Origin: Bdellovibrionales bacterium
Lineage (GTDB): Bacteria > Bdellovibrionota > Bdellovibrionia > Bdellovibrionales > DASUEL01
Assembly (NCBI GenBank): GCA_050250255.1
Contig: JBFWOZ010000005.1
Location: 24,434 to 88,433, forward strand
DNA length: 64,000 bases
Direction: 5' to 3'
Positions 1 through 13,696 of this stretch are shown here, in pieces. The notes beneath the pieces were generated by a model. That model was not told where the DNA came from. It worked only from the letters and a program-made list of their open reading frames with translations, and did not search any database. Every line of letters starts with the position of its first letter. The first letter of the stretch is position 1. Made by a program: the position numbers and the translations under genes.

Positions 1-1380
1 ACCCATTCCACAGATGAGTAACTGGCCGGTTTCGGAATCTGTGCGAATTTTAAATGAAGGATCTTCCTGTTCGATTTTTTTCAAAGTATCAGTAAGCTTT
101 TCTTGGTCAGCAGAAGATTTTGCTTCAACGACCATAGAGATAACAGGCTCTGGAAATATCATTGGCTCAAGGCGAACTTGCAATTGATTTACGCAAAGAG
201 TGTCCCCTGTGTAAGTGAACTTTAAGCCACCCAGCGCACCGATATCTCCTGCTTTTAACTCTTGTACTTCTTCTCGAGAATTGGCATGCATCTTCACAAG
301 CCTTTGCACACGCTCTTTTTTGTCTCTAACAGTGTTAATTAGACCAAGGCCATTCGTAATCGTACCAGAGTAAACACGTACGTATGTAAGAGAGCCTACG
401 AAGGGATCCGTCGCAATTTTAAAAGCAAGTGCTACAACTGGCGCATCAAAATCTGTTTTGATTTCTACATCGCGTTCGGATTTAATTTCTTGACCCACAA
501 TACTGGGCACTTCGAGTGGACTCGGCAAATAGTCAACTACCGCATCTAGGAGAGGTTGCACACCGCGATTTCTAAAAGAAGCTCCGCAAAACACAGGGAA
601 AATGTCGAGATTGATTGTTGCTTTTCGCAACACTTTCTTAATTTCATTCTCTGAGATTTCTTTACCATCAAGATATTTTTCCATCATGGCATCGTCATAT
701 TCAGAAATTGCTTCTATCATTTTAGTACGAGCTTCTTCTGCCTTACTTCGCCACTCTTCTGATATTTCCGAAGAAGTGAACTTCGCTCCTAGCTCCTCAC
801 CCGTCCAGAAGAGAGCTTTCATGCGAACGAGATCAATCACGCCTTTAAAAGAATCTTCAGCACCGATGGGTATTTGAAGAGGGACAGGCTTCGCACCCAA
901 CTTCTCAACTATTGACTCAACACTTGCTTGAAAGTCAGCACCAATACGATCCATTTTGTTGATAAAGCAAATTCGAGGAACAGCATACTTATCCGCTTGT
1001 CTCCAAACAGTTTCTGTCTGCGGTTCAACTCCATTAACAGCATCAAAAAGTGCTATGGCACCATCTAGGATGCGCAGAGATCGTTCAACTTCAATAGTGA
1101 AATCGACATGCCCAGGAGTATCTATGATATTGATACGGTGATTATTCCAAACGCAGGTCGTAGCTGCAGAAGTGATCGTGATTCCGCGCTCTTGCTCTTG
1201 CTCCATCCAATCCATTGTAGCAGCGCCATCATGGACTTCGCCCATTTTATGACTTTTGCCAGTATAGAAAAGAATGCGTTCTGTTGTGGTGGTTTTTCCG
1301 GCATCAATGTGAGCCATGATGCCGATATTACGTGTAAGGGCGAGATCAGAAATCGAAGCGGGATTCCCTGTACTGGCCAA
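1..1380 (-). CDS. fusA: Elongation factor G, N-terminal ~460 codons (3' end lies outside the window)
   Basis: Absent from the ORF track because it leaves the window. My minus-strand translation from TTG at 1380..1378 reads [75 protein letters not shown]...[21 protein letters not shown] (GTPase G1-G3 motifs). It still reads [10 protein letters not shown] at bases 30..1. The start is 6 nt after the rpsG stop, as in str operons. Confidence 0.93.
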   Translation of the reverse strand, partial: MASTGNPASISDLALTRNIGIMAHIDAGKTTTTERILFYTGKSHKMGEVHDGAATMDWMEQEQERGITITSAATTCVWNNHRINIIDTPGHVDFTIEVERSLRILDGAIALFDAVNGVEPQTETVWRQADKYAVPRICFINKMDRIGADFQASVESIVEKLGAKPVPLQIPIGAEDSFKGVIDLVRMKALFWTGEELGAKFTSSEISEEWRSKAEEARTKMIEAISEYDDAMMEKYLDGKEISENEIKKVLRKATINLDIFPVFCGASFRNRGVQPLLDAVVDYLPSPLEVPSIVGQEIKSERDVEIKTDFDAPVVALAFKIATDPFVGSLTYVRVYSGTITNGLGLINTVRDKKERVQRLVKMHANSREEVQELKAGDIGALGGLKFTYTGDTLCVNQLQVRLEPMIFPEPVISMVVEAKSSADQEKLTDTLKKIEQEDPSFKIRTDSETGQLLICGMG

Positions 1381-1386
1381 AATAGA

Positions 1387-1860
1387 TTACCATCTGTAGT
1401 GAGAGAATGCTTTGTTGGCTTCAGCCATTCTGTGAACATCTTCGCGCTTCTTAATCGCATTTCCGCGATTGTTGTAAGCATCCATGATTTCACCAGCTAA
1501 GCGTAAAGACATTTCTTTTTCGCCGCGCTCTCGAGAATAATCAACCAACCATCTCATAGCGAGGGTTGTTTTACGAACAGGACGAACATCCATTGGAACT
1601 TGATAAGTTGCTCCACCCACACGGCGAGAACGAACCTCAAGAGCAGGCTTTACATTTTCTAGAGCTTTTTTGAAAATAGAGAGAGGTTCTTCACCAGGAA
1701 TTTTGTCTTTTAAGCTGTCGAGAGCACCGTAAATGATACCTTGAGCAAGGGCTTTTTTTCCTTGGATCATCATCATATTGATAAACTTTGCGATCGTTAC
1801 ATCTTTGTAAACTGGATCTGGGATAATCTCTCTTTTTGTACTACTTTTTCTTCTCGACAT
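1387..1860 (-). CDS. rpsG: 30S ribosomal protein S7
   Basis: 157-aa ORF ([18 protein letters not shown]..., ends HYRW) located between rpsL and fusA. Confidence 0.97.
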   Translation of the reverse strand: MSRRKSSTKREIIPDPVYKDVTIAKFINMMMIQGKKALAQGIIYGALDSLKDKIPGEEPLSIFKKALENVKPALEVRSRRVGGATYQVPMDVRPVRKTTLAMRWLVDYSRERGEKEMSLRLAGEIMDAYNNRGNAIKKREDVHRMAEANKAFSHYRW

Positions 1861-1879
1861 TTTCTTAATTCCTCAAAAA

Positions 1880-2257
1880 TCAGGATTTTGGACGTTTAGC
1901 ACCATACTTAGAGCGGCTGTTCAATCGACCAGCTACACCTTGGGTATCTAAAACACCGCGAATGATATGATAACGAACTCCAGGAAGATCCTTTACACGA
2001 CCACCACGAATCAAAACCACACTGTGCTCTTGCAAGTTATGGCCAATACCAGGGATATAAGAAGTCACCTCAAAACCGTTTGATAAACGAACACGTGCTA
2101 CTTTTCGAAGAGCAGAGTTCGGTTTTTTAGGTGTTGTTGTGTACACACGAGTACAAACACCACGACGTTGAGGGCACGCTGTTAAAGCGGGCGACTTTGT
2201 TTTTGATTTTTGAACCTTACGCTGACTACGAATCAGCTGGTTAATGGTCGGCATCAT
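1880..2257 (-). CDS. rpsL: 30S ribosomal protein S12
   Basis: Contains [21 protein letters not shown] and [14 protein letters not shown]. The true start is probably the second Met (2254). Confidence 0.97.
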   Translation of the reverse strand: MMPTINQLIRSQRKVQKSKTKSPALTACPQRRGVCTRVYTTTPKKPNSALRKVARVRLSNGFEVTSYIPGIGHNLQEHSVVLIRGGRVKDLPGVRYHIIRGVLDTQGVAGRLNSRSKYGAKRPKS

Positions 2258-2314
2258 TCCTCCAGAAAGATCATGAAAACTATCTTAAACTACAATCTAC
2301 GGTCAAGATCTAAT

Positions 2315-2343
2315 GTTGGTCTGCTAAAAAACTGCAGACCAAC
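2315..2343 (-). terminator. Hairpin just downstream of rpoC
   Basis: Perfect 10-bp stem GTTGGTCTGC / GCAGACCAAC with a 9-nt loop, about 6 nt after the rpoC stop. The trailing U-run is weak. Confidence 0.5.
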
Positions 2344-2349
2344 CATCGC

Positions 2350-5300
2350 TTACGTGTGCTGGGTTGAGACCGTTTCAGTACCCACTCCTAGTGGAAGGGC
2401 TGCTGGTCGGTCCTTTTCAGCATCACCAACAATTACCTTCCATCTCTTGTAAGACGGGAGTCCTGTGCCGGCTGGGATTAAGCGGCCCATGATGATGTTC
2501 TCTTTAAGACCACGCAAGCTGTCTGTTCGAGAACTAATCGTCGCTTCCGTAAGAACCTTAGTGGTCTCTTGGAAAGAGGCTGCAGAAATCCAACTATCCG
2601 TACTGAGAGAAGCTTTCGTAATACCTAACAACAACGGCTCCGCTGTCGCAGGCTGGCCACCTTCATCTCGTACTTTGTTATTTTCAATTTCAAATTCGTA
2701 CTTCTCAACTTGTTCGCCAGCTAAGAACCTTGTATCTCCAGAATCCAAAGTTTTCACTCGACGAAGCATTTGGCGCACAATCACTTCGATGTGTTTATCG
2801 TTAATGCTCACACCTTGTAAGCGATAAACTTCTTGAATCTCATTCACGAGATAAGAAGAAAGTGCCTTATCACCCAATACTCGTAAAATATCATGTGGGT
2901 TCGTAGAACCGTCCATGAGACGTTCACCAGCTTTAATGTATTCACCTTCGCGAACCGCGATGTGTTTACCTTTAGGGATCAAATATTCTTTTTGCTTACC
3001 AACTTCTGGAGTCACGATCACACGCTGTTTACCTTTTACGTCTTTACCGTAAACAACATAACCATCGATCTCAGAAATAATGGCGGCTTCTTTTGGCTTA
3101 CGAGCTTCAAAAAGTTCTGCTACGCGAGGGAGACCGCCCGTGATGTCACGAGTTTTTGTTGTCTCTCGATGGATCTTCGCGATCACATCACCCGCATGCA
3201 CTTCTTGACCTTCTGAAATCAAAAGCTGAGCGCCCACAGGAATCACATAACGAGCTTGAGCATCACGACCTGGGAATTTCATTGGCTGACCGTTTTTATC
3301 GTTTAATAAAACTGTCGGCTTTAATTCCGCTTCTTTAGGTTCCGTGATCACCTTTGTGGAGAAACCAGTTACGGCATCCACTTGTTCTACCATCGTCACG
3401 CCTTCTTCGATGTCTTGGAAGCTGATATTGGCAGAGACTTCGGAAACGATAGGGTTAGAGTAAGGATCCCATTCTGCGAGAACAGTTCCCTTCTTCACGG
3501 TATCACCATCACGTACATTAATGACAGATCCGTAAACAAGCTTGAAACGTTCTCTCTCACGACCAGTGTCATCAGAAATGATCAACTCACCATTTCGGTT
3601 CATGACAGTCAATTTACCTTGGCGATTTTCTACAAACGCAACGCCACTGAATTTTACAGTTCCGTCATGACGAGATTCGTGAACGGATTGTTCAACAGCG
3701 CGAGTCGCCGTACCACCTAAGTGGAACGTTCTCATTGTAAGCTGTGTTCCTGGTTCCCCAATGGACTGAGCGGCAATAATTCCCACAGTCTCACCAAGAT
3801 TCACCATGCTACCGCGAGCAAGATCACGACCGTAACATTTTACACAGAGACCACGTTTCATCTTACAAGTGAGTGCTGAGCGAATCTCAACAGATTCAAT
3901 CCCAACATCTTCAATTTTCAGAACATGCTCTTCTGTGATTTCTTCATTTGAGTGAACAAGAACCTGTTGAGTATATGGATCAACGATATCCTTCAACACG
4001 ACGCGACCCAAAATACGGTCACCAAGTGGTTGAATGATCTCTCCACCTTCCATCAAGGCAGTAACAGTCATACCGTCTGTTGTTTCACAGTCTTTATTTA
4101 AAATAACTGCATCTTGTGCAACGTCTACTAGACGACGAGTCAAGTAACCTGAGTTTGCTGTTTTAAGAGCTGTATCCGCCAAACCTTTTCGCGCTCCGTG
4201 AGTCGAAATGAAATACTGAAGAACGGTTAACCCTTCTCGGAAATTCGCCGTGATCGGTGCTTCAATAATTTCACCGGATGGTTTAGCCATAAGACCACGC
4301 ATACCAGCGAGCTGACGAATCTGAGCAGCAGAACCCCGTGCTCCTGAATCAGCCATTACGAAAATAGAGTTAAAGCTTGGACCAACAACTTTTTTGCCAT
4401 CCGCTTCGTACTCTTGAGTTTCAATCTGACCCATCATCTCTTTAGCGACGCGATCACCGGTTTGGGCCCAAAGATCCACAACCTTATTGTATCGCTCACC
4501 ATCCGTGATCAAACCTTCGTCGTACTGTTGTTTAATTTCACGTACTTGAGCTTCTGTTTGATGAATAAGAGTTTGTTTTGACGCCGGCACAATCATGTCG
4601 TCAAGACAGATCGAAATACCAGCACCTGTTGAATATTTAAATCCAAGTTGCATGAGTCGATCCGCCAATACAACTGTCGCCTTACCACCCGCTTTACGGA
4701 AGGTTTGATCGATCAGGACCGCGATTTGCTTTTTCGTCATGACTTGGTTCACAGTTTCAAAAGGCACTTCTGGAGGAACGATATCGCTGAGAATAGCTCG
4801 ACCAACTGTTGTTGATTGAATTTTTCCGTTGATACGTACTTTCACCGAAGCCTGAAGTTCTACGTGACCATTTTCATAGGCATAGATTGCTTCCTGAACG
4901 GTTGAGAAAATCTTCCCAGCCCCTTTTGCACCTGGACGACCACGTGTTAACCAATAAATTCCAAGAACAATATCTTGGCTCGGATTAATGATCGGCTTAC
5001 CGTTCGCAGGACTCAGAATGTTGTTTGTCGACATCATGAGAACGCGCGCTTCCACCTGTGCTTCTACAGAAAGTGGAACGTGTACGGCCATCTGATCCCC
5101 GTCAAAGTCGGCGTTGAACGCTGTACACACGAGGGGGTGAAGTTGAATCGCTTTTCCTTCGAGAAGGATTGGCTCAAAAGCTTGAATACCTAGTCTGTGA
5201 AGCGTTGGAGCTCGGTTCAAGAGAACAGGGTGTTCTTTCACAACTTCAGAGAGAATATCCCAAACTTCAATAGATTCTTGTTCTACGAGTTTTTTGGCTT

Positions 5301-6486
5301 GCTTAATAGTTCCAGCAAAACCTTTCTCTTCAAGCTTGCTATAAACAAACGGCTTGAAAAGTTCCAAAGCCATTTTCTTTGGAAGACCACACTGATGGAG
5401 CTTCAAAGTAGGGCCTACTACGATCACAGAACGGCCAGAGTAATCCACACGTTTACCAAGAAGGTTTTGACGGAAACGGCCCTGCTTACCTTTGAGCATA
5501 TCACTCAAAGATCGTAGCGGACGCTTGTTCGGTCCAGTGAATGTCTTTCCACGGCGACCGTTATCAAAAAGGGCATCAACCGCTTCTTGAAGCATTCTTT
5601 TTTCGTTACGGATGATGATTTCAGGAGCGTTAAGCTCCTGAAGTCTCTTGAGACGATTATTTCTGTTGATCACACGGCGATAGAGGTCGTTAAGATCCGA
5701 CGTCGCGAATCGGCCACCATCAAGTGGTACGAGAGGACGCAAATCCGGTGGGATCACTGGAATTACTTCAAGCATCATCCAATCAGGCTTATTTGTAGAT
5801 TGACGGAAAGCTTCCACAACTTTTAAGCGCTTAGTGAGCTTTTTAATCTGAGCTTCAGAAGTTGTCTCTTTTACTTCTTTACGAAGTTTCTTCGACAAAT
5901 ACTCAGTATCAATTTTGCGAAGCATTTCACGAATCGCTTCACCACCCATACCCGCTTTAAAATTAGGTCCATTCTCGTTCAAAGCAATTTGATATGCTTC
6001 TTCATTAAGAATTGAGCCTTCTTCCAACGCTGTATCCATTGGATCAAGAACGATGTGCGCTTCACAGTAAAGTACGCGCTCAACATCTTTCAAAGAAAGG
6101 TCAAGAAGGTTACCAATTCGGCTGGGAAGGGAACGTAGGAACCAAATGTGAGCGACAGGTGTTGCAAGTTCAATATGACCAAGACGTTCACGACGTACTT
6201 TGGATTGAATAACCTCTACACCACACTTCTCACAGATAACTCCGCGATGTTTCATGCGCTTATACTTACCGCACAAACATTCGTAATCTTTTACTGGACC
6301 AAAAATCTTGGCGCAGAAAAGACCATCACGTTCTGGTTTAAAAGTTCGATAATTAATCGTTTCAGGTTTTTTTACTTCACCGAAGCTCCAAGAACGAATC
6401 ATCTCTGGAGATGCTAGAGAAATACGCACACCGTTAAATGCTAATGGATCTTTCGGTTTATCGAAAAAATTCAATAAATCTTTCAA
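2350..6486 (-). CDS. rpoC: DNA-directed RNA polymerase subunit beta'
   Basis: 1378 aa with the catalytic [14 protein letters not shown] motif; follows rpoB. Confidence 0.98.
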   Translation of the reverse strand: MKDLLNFFDKPKDPLAFNGVRISLASPEMIRSWSFGEVKKPETINYRTFKPERDGLFCAKIFGPVKDYECLCGKYKRMKHRGVICEKCGVEVIQSKVRRERLGHIELATPVAHIWFLRSLPSRIGNLLDLSLKDVERVLYCEAHIVLDPMDTALEEGSILNEEAYQIALNENGPNFKAGMGGEAIREMLRKIDTEYLSKKLRKEVKETTSEAQIKKLTKRLKVVEAFRQSTNKPDWMMLEVIPVIPPDLRPLVPLDGGRFATSDLNDLYRRVINRNNRLKRLQELNAPEIIIRNEKRMLQEAVDALFDNGRRGKTFTGPNKRPLRSLSDMLKGKQGRFRQNLLGKRVDYSGRSVIVVGPTLKLHQCGLPKKMALELFKPFVYSKLEEKGFAGTIKQAKKLVEQESIEVWDILSEVVKEHPVLLNRAPTLHRLGIQAFEPILLEGKAIQLHPLVCTAFNADFDGDQMAVHVPLSVEAQVEARVLMMSTNNILSPANGKPIINPSQDIVLGIYWLTRGRPGAKGAGKIFSTVQEAIYAYENGHVELQASVKVRINGKIQSTTVGRAILSDIVPPEVPFETVNQVMTKKQIAVLIDQTFRKAGGKATVVLADRLMQLGFKYSTGAGISICLDDMIVPASKQTLIHQTEAQVREIKQQYDEGLITDGERYNKVVDLWAQTGDRVAKEMMGQIETQEYEADGKKVVGPSFNSIFVMADSGARGSAAQIRQLAGMRGLMAKPSGEIIEAPITANFREGLTVLQYFISTHGARKGLADTALKTANSGYLTRRLVDVAQDAVILNKDCETTDGMTVTALMEGGEIIQPLGDRILGRVVLKDIVDPYTQQVLVHSNEEITEEHVLKIEDVGIESVEIRSALTCKMKRGLCVKCYGRDLARGSMVNLGETVGIIAAQSIGEPGTQLTMRTFHLGGTATRAVEQSVHESRHDGTVKFSGVAFVENRQGKLTVMNRNGELIISDDTGRERERFKLVYGSVINVRDGDTVKKGTVLAEWDPYSNPIVSEVSANISFQDIEEGVTMVEQVDAVTGFSTKVITEPKEAELKPTVLLNDKNGQPMKFPGRDAQARYVIPVGAQLLISEGQEVHAGDVIAKIHRETTKTRDITGGLPRVAELFEARKPKEAAIISEIDGYVVYGKDVKGKQRVIVTPEVGKQKEYLIPKGKHIAVREGEYIKAGERLMDGSTNPHDILRVLGDKALSSYLVNEIQEVYRLQGVSINDKHIEVIVRQMLRRVKTLDSGDTRFLAGEQVEKYEFEIENNKVRDEGGQPATAEPLLLGITKASLSTDSWISAASFQETTKVLTEATISSRTDSLRGLKENIIMGRLIPAGTGLPSYKRWKVIVGDAEKDRPAALPLGVGTETVSTQHT

Positions 6487-6509
6487 AGGACAGTCCTCTC
6501 TCTAAATAG

Positions 6510-9500
6510 TTACTGTTGAACTTCCGGTTTATCAGTCAAAATGTCTGATTCGATCAGCTCTACATTCAAGCCCAAGCTCTGAAGCTCTTTCACCAATACG
6601 TTGAAAGATTCAGGTAATCCTGGCTCAAGGATGTTTTCGCCTTTCACAATGCTCTCATACATTCTTGTTCTTCCAGCTACGTCATCCGACTTCACCGTGA
6701 GGAACTCTTGCAATGAATAAGCAGCACCGTAAGCTTCTATCGCCCAAACTTCCATCTCTCCGAGTCTCTGACCGCCGAACTGAGCTTTACCACCCAGAGG
6801 CTGCTGAGACACAAGTGAGTATGGTCCAATTGAACGAGCATGGATTTTTTCTTCCACAAGGTGATGCAGTTTTAACATGTACATCACACCAACAGTGACT
6901 TGGTTTTCGAATGGCTCACCTGTACGACCGTCAAACAAAATGGTTTGACCGCGAAGAGGAAGGCCCGCGCGCTCAAGAAGAGACTTAATTTCAGGCTCTT
7001 TCGCTCCGTCAAAAACCGGTGTCGCAAGATGGATACCGTCTTTAATGGTCGGAAGCATTTTCTTGAGTGAACGTTCATCCGAAGCATCAATTGATGCATT
7101 GATTTTTGGATCATTATAAATTTCTTTGAGTGTCTTCTTTGTATCCGCAAGATTGAAATTCGCAATATGCTCTTCAATCTGCTTACCCAAATGATGAGCA
7201 GCCCATCCAAGATGCGTTTCCAAAATCTGCCCAATGTTCATACGCGAAGGTACGCCAAGTGGGTTGAGAACCATGTCGACAGGCGTTCCGTCAGCCATGT
7301 ACGGCATATCTTCAACAGCCATAATTTTAGAGATCACACCCTTATTTCCGTGACGACCGGCCATCTTGTCACCCACTTGAAGCTTTCGCTTAATGGCAAC
7401 ATAGACTTTCACCATCTTAATCACGCCAGGAGGCAACTCATCTCCTTTTCGAAGGCGATCAAGTTTTTCATTGAAGATCAACTTTACAGCGTCCAACTGA
7501 TTACGTGCACCATCAATAATTTTCGTAACTTGAAACTCAAGATCGCTTTCCACAGGAATATAGCTCAAGAGTTCAAATGGAATACTTTCGATGTTACCTT
7601 CAGTAACAGCCTCGCCTTTTTCTAAGAGCTTTTTAGAACCATCCTCATTGAGAAGAACACCGTTTGTTTTCTTACCAACAAGGATGTTTTTTACGCGATC
7701 AAGAGCGTTGTTCTTAATCACGTTCTGCTCAACAGCGAGATCTTTTTCAAGTTTGTTTTTCTTTTGCTCAATGATGCTTTGAAGACGTTCGTCTTTTTCA
7801 GCACCTTCACGGCTATAAACCTGAGCATCGATTACGGTACCAGAGACACCTGAAGGAACGCGAAGAGATGTATCACGTACATCGCCCGCTTTTTCCCCGA
7901 AGATAGCTCTTAAGAGTTTTTCTTCTGGAGAAAGCTGGACTTCACCTTTAGGAGTGACTTTACCGACAAGAATATCACCTGGTTTTACTTCCGCACCAAT
8001 TCTGATAATACCACTGGAATCGAGATCTTTAAGAGCCTCTTCCCCAACGTTTGCGATATCACGCGTGATCTCTTCTTTTCCTAATTTCGTATCACGAGCT
8101 ACGCATTCGAATTCTTCGATATGTACAGATGTGAAAACATCCTCAGCAATCAATCTCTCTGAAATAAGAATGGAATCCTCAAAGTTGTAACCCATCCAAG
8201 GAGTAAACGCGATCAACACGTTCTGTCCAAGAGCGAGTTCGCCCATTTCAGTAGCCGGACCATCTGCAATAATATCGCCCTTCTTCACTTGGTCACCCAC
8301 GTGAACGATTGGCTTTTGGTTGAAACATGTATTTTGGTTTGTACGTTGATACTTCACAAGATTGTAAATATCGACGTTCGCGCCCATGCCACCAGCTTTC
8401 GCCATACGACGAACTACGATACGTGCCGCATCTACTTCCTCAACGATACCATCGTTCAGAGCGACGATACTTGTACCGGAATCTTTTGCCACCAAACGCT
8501 CAACACCAGTCCCAATAAGTGGAGCCTTAGCGCGAATAAGAGGCACAGCCTGACGTTGCATGTTCGATCCCATGAGAGCACGGTTGGCGTCATCGTGTTC
8601 AAGGAACGGAATCAAAGAAGCCGCAATTGATACGAGCTGGCTTGGAGATACATCCATTAAGCTGACTTTATCTCGCTCAATAACCATGTACTCGCCATCT
8701 TTACGAACGTTTAAGTTCGCTTCTGAATCTTGAAATACTTCTTCTTGTTCCGTAGGAGCAATGAAGTGTCCACCCTCTTCAAGAGCTGACAAATACTTAA
8801 TATCAGAAGAAACTTTTCCACCTTGCACTTCACGATAAGGAGTTTCAATAAATCCGTAATCATTAATGCGTGCGTAGGTCGCAAGGGAGGCGATCAAACC
8901 AATGTTTGGACCTTCCGGCGTTTCAATCGGACAAATACGGCCGTAATGCGTAGGATGTACGTCACGAACTTCAAAGCCCGCGCGATCTCTTGTCAAACCA
9001 CCAGGCCCAAGAGCCGACAGCCTGCGCTTATGTGTAATTTCTGAAAGTGGATTTGTTTGATCCATGAACTGTGATAACTGGCTGGATCCGAAAAATTCTT
9101 TCACCACAGCGTTCACAGGCTTTGCGTTCACAAGATCGTGAGGCATCATTGTCTCGATATCTTGCAAGCTCATTCTCTCACGAATTGCGCGTTCCATTCG
9201 AACCAAGCCCAAACGGTATTGATTTTCAAGAAGCTCACCTACTGAACGAACACGACGGTTTCCTAAGTGATCGATATCGTCCACTTGGCCACGGCCGTTT
9301 TTCAAATCAATAAGAGTCTTTACTGTAAGGAGAATGTCTTTTTGGCTGAGTGTTGTGTACGTGACAGGAAACTCATCCAAAGTGAAATTGAACGAATGAT
9401 TGATCTTTAAACGACCCACTTCGCTCAAATCATATGTTTCTGGATCAAAAAAGAGTCTATGGAAGAAGTTCTGAGATGCTTCTTCCGTTGGCGGTTCGCC

Positions 9501-10652
9501 AGGACGTAAACGCTTGTAGATCTCGATGAGGCCTTCTTCTTTCGAATGAATTTTATCTACTAGGAGTGTGTTCCGGAGGAACGGGCCTACTACAAGACCA
9601 TCAAAGAAAATCACATGGATTTGCTTTACTCCTGCATTTTTTGCTCTTTCCAAGCCATCACGAGTTAATTCTGTATTCACGTCAGCAATAATCTCACCGG
9701 TATTTTCGTCGATAATTGGCTTAGCAACGACTTTACCTTCAAGATCTTCAATGCTGATTTCAATATCTTTAAGATTTAATTTTTGAATCTTTTTAACAGC
9801 AGCACGTGTAATACGTCGGCCTTTTTTCACAAGAGATTCGTCTGTTTTTGGATCAACGATATCCACAAGCGCCCGTTGGCCTGCCATTTTTTCAATGTTA
9901 AGTGTACGCCGGAACTTTCCATCTTTTGTGAAAGTCACAACGTCAAGGTCATAGAAATATTCAAGGATCTGCTCTGTGCTGTAGCCCAAGGCTTTTAAAA
10001 GAACCGTTACAGGCATTTTTCTGCGACGATCAATACGAGCATAGATCAAATCTTTTTGGTCAAATTCAAAATCGAGCCAAGAACCGCGATACGGAATCAC
10101 GCGTGCGGAATAAATCAATTTTCCACTCACATGATTTTTACCACCATCGTGGTCAAAGAAAACCCCAGGAGAACGGTGCAACTGACTCACAACAACGCGC
10201 TCAGTACCATTGATAATGAAAGAACCATTAGCCGTCATCAATGGGATTTCGCCCAAGTAGACCTCTTGTTCTTTTACGTCACGGATACTACGAGAATCAT
10301 CAGCTTCATTTACTTCAAATACAATCAAACGCAAAGTGACTCGAATAGGGGCCGCATACGTCATTCCACGTTGGCGACACTCATCCACATCATATTTTGC
10401 TGGCTCAAGAGTGTACCCTACAAATTCTAAACTCGACGTATCGTTAAAGTCTGAGATAGGAAATACAGACTTAAAAACACCGTTCAAACCAGTGATGGAT
10501 CTTTTATCTGGATCAACATCTTTTTGTAGGAACTCTTCGTAGGATCTTTTTTGAAGCTCAATCAGGTTCGGGATTTCAATTACCTGTTCATTCTTCGCAA
10601 AACTTCTTCTTAATCGTAAATTAGAAGCCGTTAAGGTCGTAAGCATTCGCAC
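6510..10652 (-). CDS. rpoB: DNA-directed RNA polymerase subunit beta
   Basis: 1380 aa; contains [17 protein letters not shown] and other beta-subunit blocks; lies between rplL and rpoC. Confidence 0.98.
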   Translation of the reverse strand: MRMLTTLTASNLRLRRSFAKNEQVIEIPNLIELQKRSYEEFLQKDVDPDKRSITGLNGVFKSVFPISDFNDTSSLEFVGYTLEPAKYDVDECRQRGMTYAAPIRVTLRLIVFEVNEADDSRSIRDVKEQEVYLGEIPLMTANGSFIINGTERVVVSQLHRSPGVFFDHDGGKNHVSGKLIYSARVIPYRGSWLDFEFDQKDLIYARIDRRRKMPVTVLLKALGYSTEQILEYFYDLDVVTFTKDGKFRRTLNIEKMAGQRALVDIVDPKTDESLVKKGRRITRAAVKKIQKLNLKDIEISIEDLEGKVVAKPIIDENTGEIIADVNTELTRDGLERAKNAGVKQIHVIFFDGLVVGPFLRNTLLVDKIHSKEEGLIEIYKRLRPGEPPTEEASQNFFHRLFFDPETYDLSEVGRLKINHSFNFTLDEFPVTYTTLSQKDILLTVKTLIDLKNGRGQVDDIDHLGNRRVRSVGELLENQYRLGLVRMERAIRERMSLQDIETMMPHDLVNAKPVNAVVKEFFGSSQLSQFMDQTNPLSEITHKRRLSALGPGGLTRDRAGFEVRDVHPTHYGRICPIETPEGPNIGLIASLATYARINDYGFIETPYREVQGGKVSSDIKYLSALEEGGHFIAPTEQEEVFQDSEANLNVRKDGEYMVIERDKVSLMDVSPSQLVSIAASLIPFLEHDDANRALMGSNMQRQAVPLIRAKAPLIGTGVERLVAKDSGTSIVALNDGIVEEVDAARIVVRRMAKAGGMGANVDIYNLVKYQRTNQNTCFNQKPIVHVGDQVKKGDIIADGPATEMGELALGQNVLIAFTPWMGYNFEDSILISERLIAEDVFTSVHIEEFECVARDTKLGKEEITRDIANVGEEALKDLDSSGIIRIGAEVKPGDILVGKVTPKGEVQLSPEEKLLRAIFGEKAGDVRDTSLRVPSGVSGTVIDAQVYSREGAEKDERLQSIIEQKKNKLEKDLAVEQNVIKNNALDRVKNILVGKKTNGVLLNEDGSKKLLEKGEAVTEGNIESIPFELLSYIPVESDLEFQVTKIIDGARNQLDAVKLIFNEKLDRLRKGDELPPGVIKMVKVYVAIKRKLQVGDKMAGRHGNKGVISKIMAVEDMPYMADGTPVDMVLNPLGVPSRMNIGQILETHLGWAAHHLGKQIEEHIANFNLADTKKTLKEIYNDPKINASIDASDERSLKKMLPTIKDGIHLATPVFDGAKEPEIKSLLERAGLPLRGQTILFDGRTGEPFENQVTVGVMYMLKLHHLVEEKIHARSIGPYSLVSQQPLGGKAQFGGQRLGEMEVWAIEAYGAAYSLQEFLTVKSDDVAGRTRMYESIVKGENILEPGLPESFNVLVKELQSLGLNVELIESDILTDKPEVQQ

Positions 10653-10718
10653 TCCTCAATCAAAATAACCATTCAAACGAGTACTGATATTTTCGAGATG
10701 AGTACTCTACATCTCAAA

Positions 10719-10741
10719 CCAAGGGCTCAAAGAACCCTTGG
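10719..10741 (-). terminator. rplL-rpoB intergenic hairpin (attenuator-type)
   Basis: CCAAGGG-N9-CCCTTGG perfect 7-bp stem about 15 nt after the rplL stop, followed on the minus strand by TTTGAG. A second 6-bp hairpin (GAGATG/CATCTC) lies next to it. A partial terminator at this position is classical for rplJL-rpoBC operons. Confidence 0.5.
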
Positions 10742-10755
10742 CCGCATAACAACTA

Positions 10756-11130
10756 TTACTTCAATTCAACTTTAGCGCCAGCAGCCTCTAAAGTTTTCTT
10801 CATTTTCTCAGCTTCGTCTTTAGCTACGCTTTCTTTTACAGTCTTAGGCGCGCCTTCAACGAGATCTTTTGCTTCTTTCAAGCCAAGACCAGTCAATGTA
10901 CGAACTTCTTTAATGACGTTGATTTTGTTAGATCCACTATCAGTTAATACAACTGTAAATTCAGTTTTAGCTTCAGCCGGAGCAGCACCAGCAGCTGGGC
11001 CAGCCATAACAGCGGCAGGAGCAGCAGCACTTACACCCCATTTGTCTTCCAAAGTTTTAATCAACTCAGAAAGTTCAATAACGGGCATTTGAGATAGAAA
11101 ATCGACAACTTGTTCTTTGTTTAATGACAT
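10756..11130 (-). CDS. rplL: 50S ribosomal protein L7/L12
   Basis: 124 aa with an Ala/Pro hinge ([18 protein letters not shown]) and a C-terminal [16 protein letters not shown]...KVELK. Confidence 0.97.
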   Translation of the reverse strand: MSLNKEQVVDFLSQMPVIELSELIKTLEDKWGVSAAAPAAVMAGPAAGAAPAEAKTEFTVVLTDSGSNKINVIKEVRTLTGLGLKEAKDLVEGAPKTVKESVAKDEAEKMKKTLEAAGAKVELK

Positions 11131-11166
11131 AAAATATCCTCCAAAAATAAATTAAAAATAAAAAAA

Positions 11167-11685
11167 TTAACTCTGTTTTGCTTTTGCATCGAGCACTCTT
11201 ACAAAACCACTTGGTACTGCGGCTAACGTTCTCACAAACTTGCTCATTGGAGCGGCGAGAACACCGAGTAACTGTGCACGTAGAACATCCTTCGAAGGCA
11301 ACCTTGCGAGAGTCGTAATTTTGCCTTTATCAAGAGCTGTTCCTTCCATGACACCGACTTTGACTTCCAACTTATCGTTGTCTTTTGCAAAGTCGACGAG
11401 CAGCTTGGCTGATGCTGAAACATCCTCATAAGCAAACACAAAAGCGTTTGTACCTACTAGATAGTTCTTTAAAGCAGCATCTGTCTTCGCATCATCAACA
11501 ATGGCTCTTTTTGCGAGAGTGTTTCTCACAACCTTAAGCTCAGAGCTGATTCCACGCAGTTTTTTCCTGAGCGATGTTACTTGCTCAACGTTCAAACCCT
11601 TAAAATCGACCAAAAAGGCAGCTTTTGAGCGGCCCAAATAATCTTTTACGGATTTGACGGCATTTTCTTTCTGCTGTCTGTCCAA
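11167..11685 (-). CDS. rplJ: 50S ribosomal protein L10
   Basis: 172-aa ORF immediately upstream of rplL with L10-like sequence. Confidence 0.95.
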   Translation of the reverse strand: MDRQQKENAVKSVKDYLGRSKAAFLVDFKGLNVEQVTSLRKKLRGISSELKVVRNTLAKRAIVDDAKTDAALKNYLVGTNAFVFAYEDVSASAKLLVDFAKDNDKLEVKVGVMEGTALDKGKITTLARLPSKDVLRAQLLGVLAAPMSKFVRTLAAVPSGFVRVLDAKAKQS

Positions 11686-11915
11686 GAAGATACCTCCTTT
11701 CCTTTCTTTCGCTGCTAAATCTTTTCAAGACTCTGCAACTTTGGTTATGCGATTCAGCAGGAGGCTCACTTCATCGCATTCGCGAGGCTTGCCTGTCTCG
11801 ATAGGCCCCAAAGTTTTTTACAAACTCTTCGGACTTAAACTTTCGTACCTATTTTCTCTGACCGCGTTTTTTATAAACTCTATTTCAAAACTAACTTAAC
11901 TAACTTCTCTACTGA
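11686..11915 (-). promoter_or_regulatory. rplJ leader region (expected L10 autoregulatory leader plus promoter)
   Basis: 230-nt ORF-free gap between rplA and rplJ. Assigned by position only; I did not fold it. Confidence 0.35.
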
Positions 11916-12623
11916 TTACTTTTCAGCAGTCGCAGCTGATGAAACCTTATTTACATCGATGGCAACACCAGGGCCCATAGTTGTGGACACTGTCAAACCA
12001 CGTAAATAAATACCTTTGCTCGTTGCTGGCTTCGCCTTCATCACAGCTGTCATGAGTGTCATGAAATTTTCCGTGATTTTCTCAGCGCCAAGAGATTTTC
12101 TTCCAACAACAGCGTGAATAATCCCCGCTTTATCAACACGGAAATCCAACTTCCCTTTTTTCTCTGCAGTTACGGCTTTACCGATATCAAATGTTACGGT
12201 TCCAATTTTTGGGTTTGGCATAAGACCACGAGGCCCAAGAATTTTAGCAACTTTGGAAACTGTCACCATCATATCTGGAGTCGCAATTGCCTTATCAAAG
12301 TCTAACCATCCGCCTTGGATTTTTGTAACAAGATCATCAGCACCGATAAAGTCTGCGCCGGCAGCTTTGGCTTCATTCTCTTTGTCACCTTTAGCGAATA
12401 CTAGTACGCGCACAGTTTTTCCAAGTCCGTGAGGAAGCGCAATCGCTCCACGCACTTGCTGATCTGATTGCTTAGGATCAATTCCTAAGTTGATGGCCAC
12501 ATCAACCGATTCGTCAAAATTCGCAGTGCCTGTTTCAACGGCAAGAGCAATGGCCTCTTTCGCTCCGTAACGAACATCTGACTTCACTTTTTCTTGAGAC
12601 TGTCTAAATCTTTTTCCTGACAT
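11916..12623 (-). CDS. rplA: 50S ribosomal protein L1
   Basis: 235-aa ORF with L1-like sequence (DVAINLGIDPKQSDQQVRG...), downstream of rplK. Confidence 0.96.
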   Translation of the reverse strand: MSGKRFRQSQEKVKSDVRYGAKEAIALAVETGTANFDESVDVAINLGIDPKQSDQQVRGAIALPHGLGKTVRVLVFAKGDKENEAKAAGADFIGADDLVTKIQGGWLDFDKAIATPDMMVTVSKVAKILGPRGLMPNPKIGTVTFDIGKAVTAEKKGKLDFRVDKAGIIHAVVGRKSLGAEKITENFMTLMTAVMKAKPATSKGIYLRGLTVSTTMGPGVAIDVNKVSSAATAEK

Positions 12624-12647
12624 AAAATCCTACCTTACTACTTCTAA

Positions 12648-13073
12648 TTACGCCTCTAATTCGAGACCCATGCTTTTTGCTGTTCCTTCAACCTGACGAA
12701 TAGCCGAATCAACTGTTGTACAGTTGAGGTCAGGAAGTTTTGTTTCAGCGATTTTTTTAACAATTGCTTTTGAAACCTTACCTACTTTGTCTTTCTGAGG
12801 CATTTTTGAGCCGCTTTGAAGTTTCAAAGCTTGCTTCAACAAAATGGATACTGGTGGTGTTTTTGTAATAAATGTGAAGGAACGATCCTGATACACAGTG
12901 ATGATCACAGGAATAACCGTGTCACCCGCACTTTGCGTTTTTGCATTAAACTGTTTACAAAACTCCATAATGTTCACACCTTGTTGACCCAATGCCGGAC
13001 CTACAGGGGGAGCTGGGTTTGCTTTACCAGCTGGAATCTGCAACTTGATCATACCCGTTACTTTTTTTGCCAT
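12648..13073 (-). CDS. rplK: 50S ribosomal protein L11
   Basis: 141 aa; reads [43 protein letters not shown]. Confidence 0.97.
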   Translation of the reverse strand: MAKKVTGMIKLQIPAGKANPAPPVGPALGQQGVNIMEFCKQFNAKTQSAGDTVIPVIITVYQDRSFTFITKTPPVSILLKQALKLQSGSKMPQKDKVGKVSKAIVKKIAETKLPDLNCTTVDSAIRQVEGTAKSMGLELEA

Positions 13074-13138
13074 ATCAGAACTCCTTCAAAAATCTTTCAA
13101 ACTTTAAAACTTAACTTCTTGCCTGCCAATTTTGGCGA

Positions 13139-13669
13139 CTAGCTTTTCTCAACCTGAATAAAATCCAACTCAACTGGAGTTGGGCGTCCAAAAATGCTGA
13201 CAAGAACTTTTACTTTTCCTTTTTCGGCATTGATCTCTTCAACAGTTCCATTGAAGTTGCTGAACGGACCATCTACCACACGAACGCTTTCGCCTTCAGA
13301 GAACTTAATTTTTGGCTTCGGCTTCTCTGCGCCTGAAACCATTTGCTTATTGATACGCTCGACTTCTTCTTGAGGAACAGGAGGAGGGTTTGTTGTCCCA
13401 CCTACGAAACCTGTTACTTTTGAAGTTTCCTTAACAAGGTGCCAAGTTCTCTCATTCAAAACCATCTGTACGAACATGTAGCCAGGGAAAATCTTACGAG
13501 AAGTGGTCTTCTTTTCACCCTTAACAAGTTCGACAACGTTTTCAGCTGGAATTAAAATTTCACCAAAAAGCTCGACCATTTTGTGAGTACGAATGCGCTC
13601 CTCAAGAGCCACTTTCGCCTTCGCTTCTTGGCCAGTCTGTGTATTTACGATGTACCACTTCTTTTCCAC
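13139..13669 (-). CDS. nusG: Transcription termination/antitermination factor NusG
   Basis: 176 aa; [12 protein letters not shown]-terminus and a C-terminal KOW-like region ([21 protein letters not shown]); lies between secE and rplK. Confidence 0.95.
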   Translation of the reverse strand: MEKKWYIVNTQTGQEAKAKVALEERIRTHKMVELFGEILIPAENVVELVKGEKKTTSRKIFPGYMFVQMVLNERTWHLVKETSKVTGFVGGTTNPPPVPQEEVERINKQMVSGAEKPKPKIKFSEGESVRVVDGPFSNFNGTVEEINAEKGKVKVLVSIFGRPTPVELDFIQVEKS

Positions 13670-13696
13670 TTCAAACGTCCTTACTTAAACCGTTGA

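Noticed and set aside
602-1500. Track ORFs overlapping the first 1.5 kb on both strands
   Set aside because: They are shadow frames of fusA and rpsG. The real fusA frame is open across 1..1380 with GTPase motifs.
2465-10542. Numerous 60-150-aa plus-strand ORFs inside rpoC and rpoB
   Set aside because: They are antisense shadow ORFs within two highly conserved genes.
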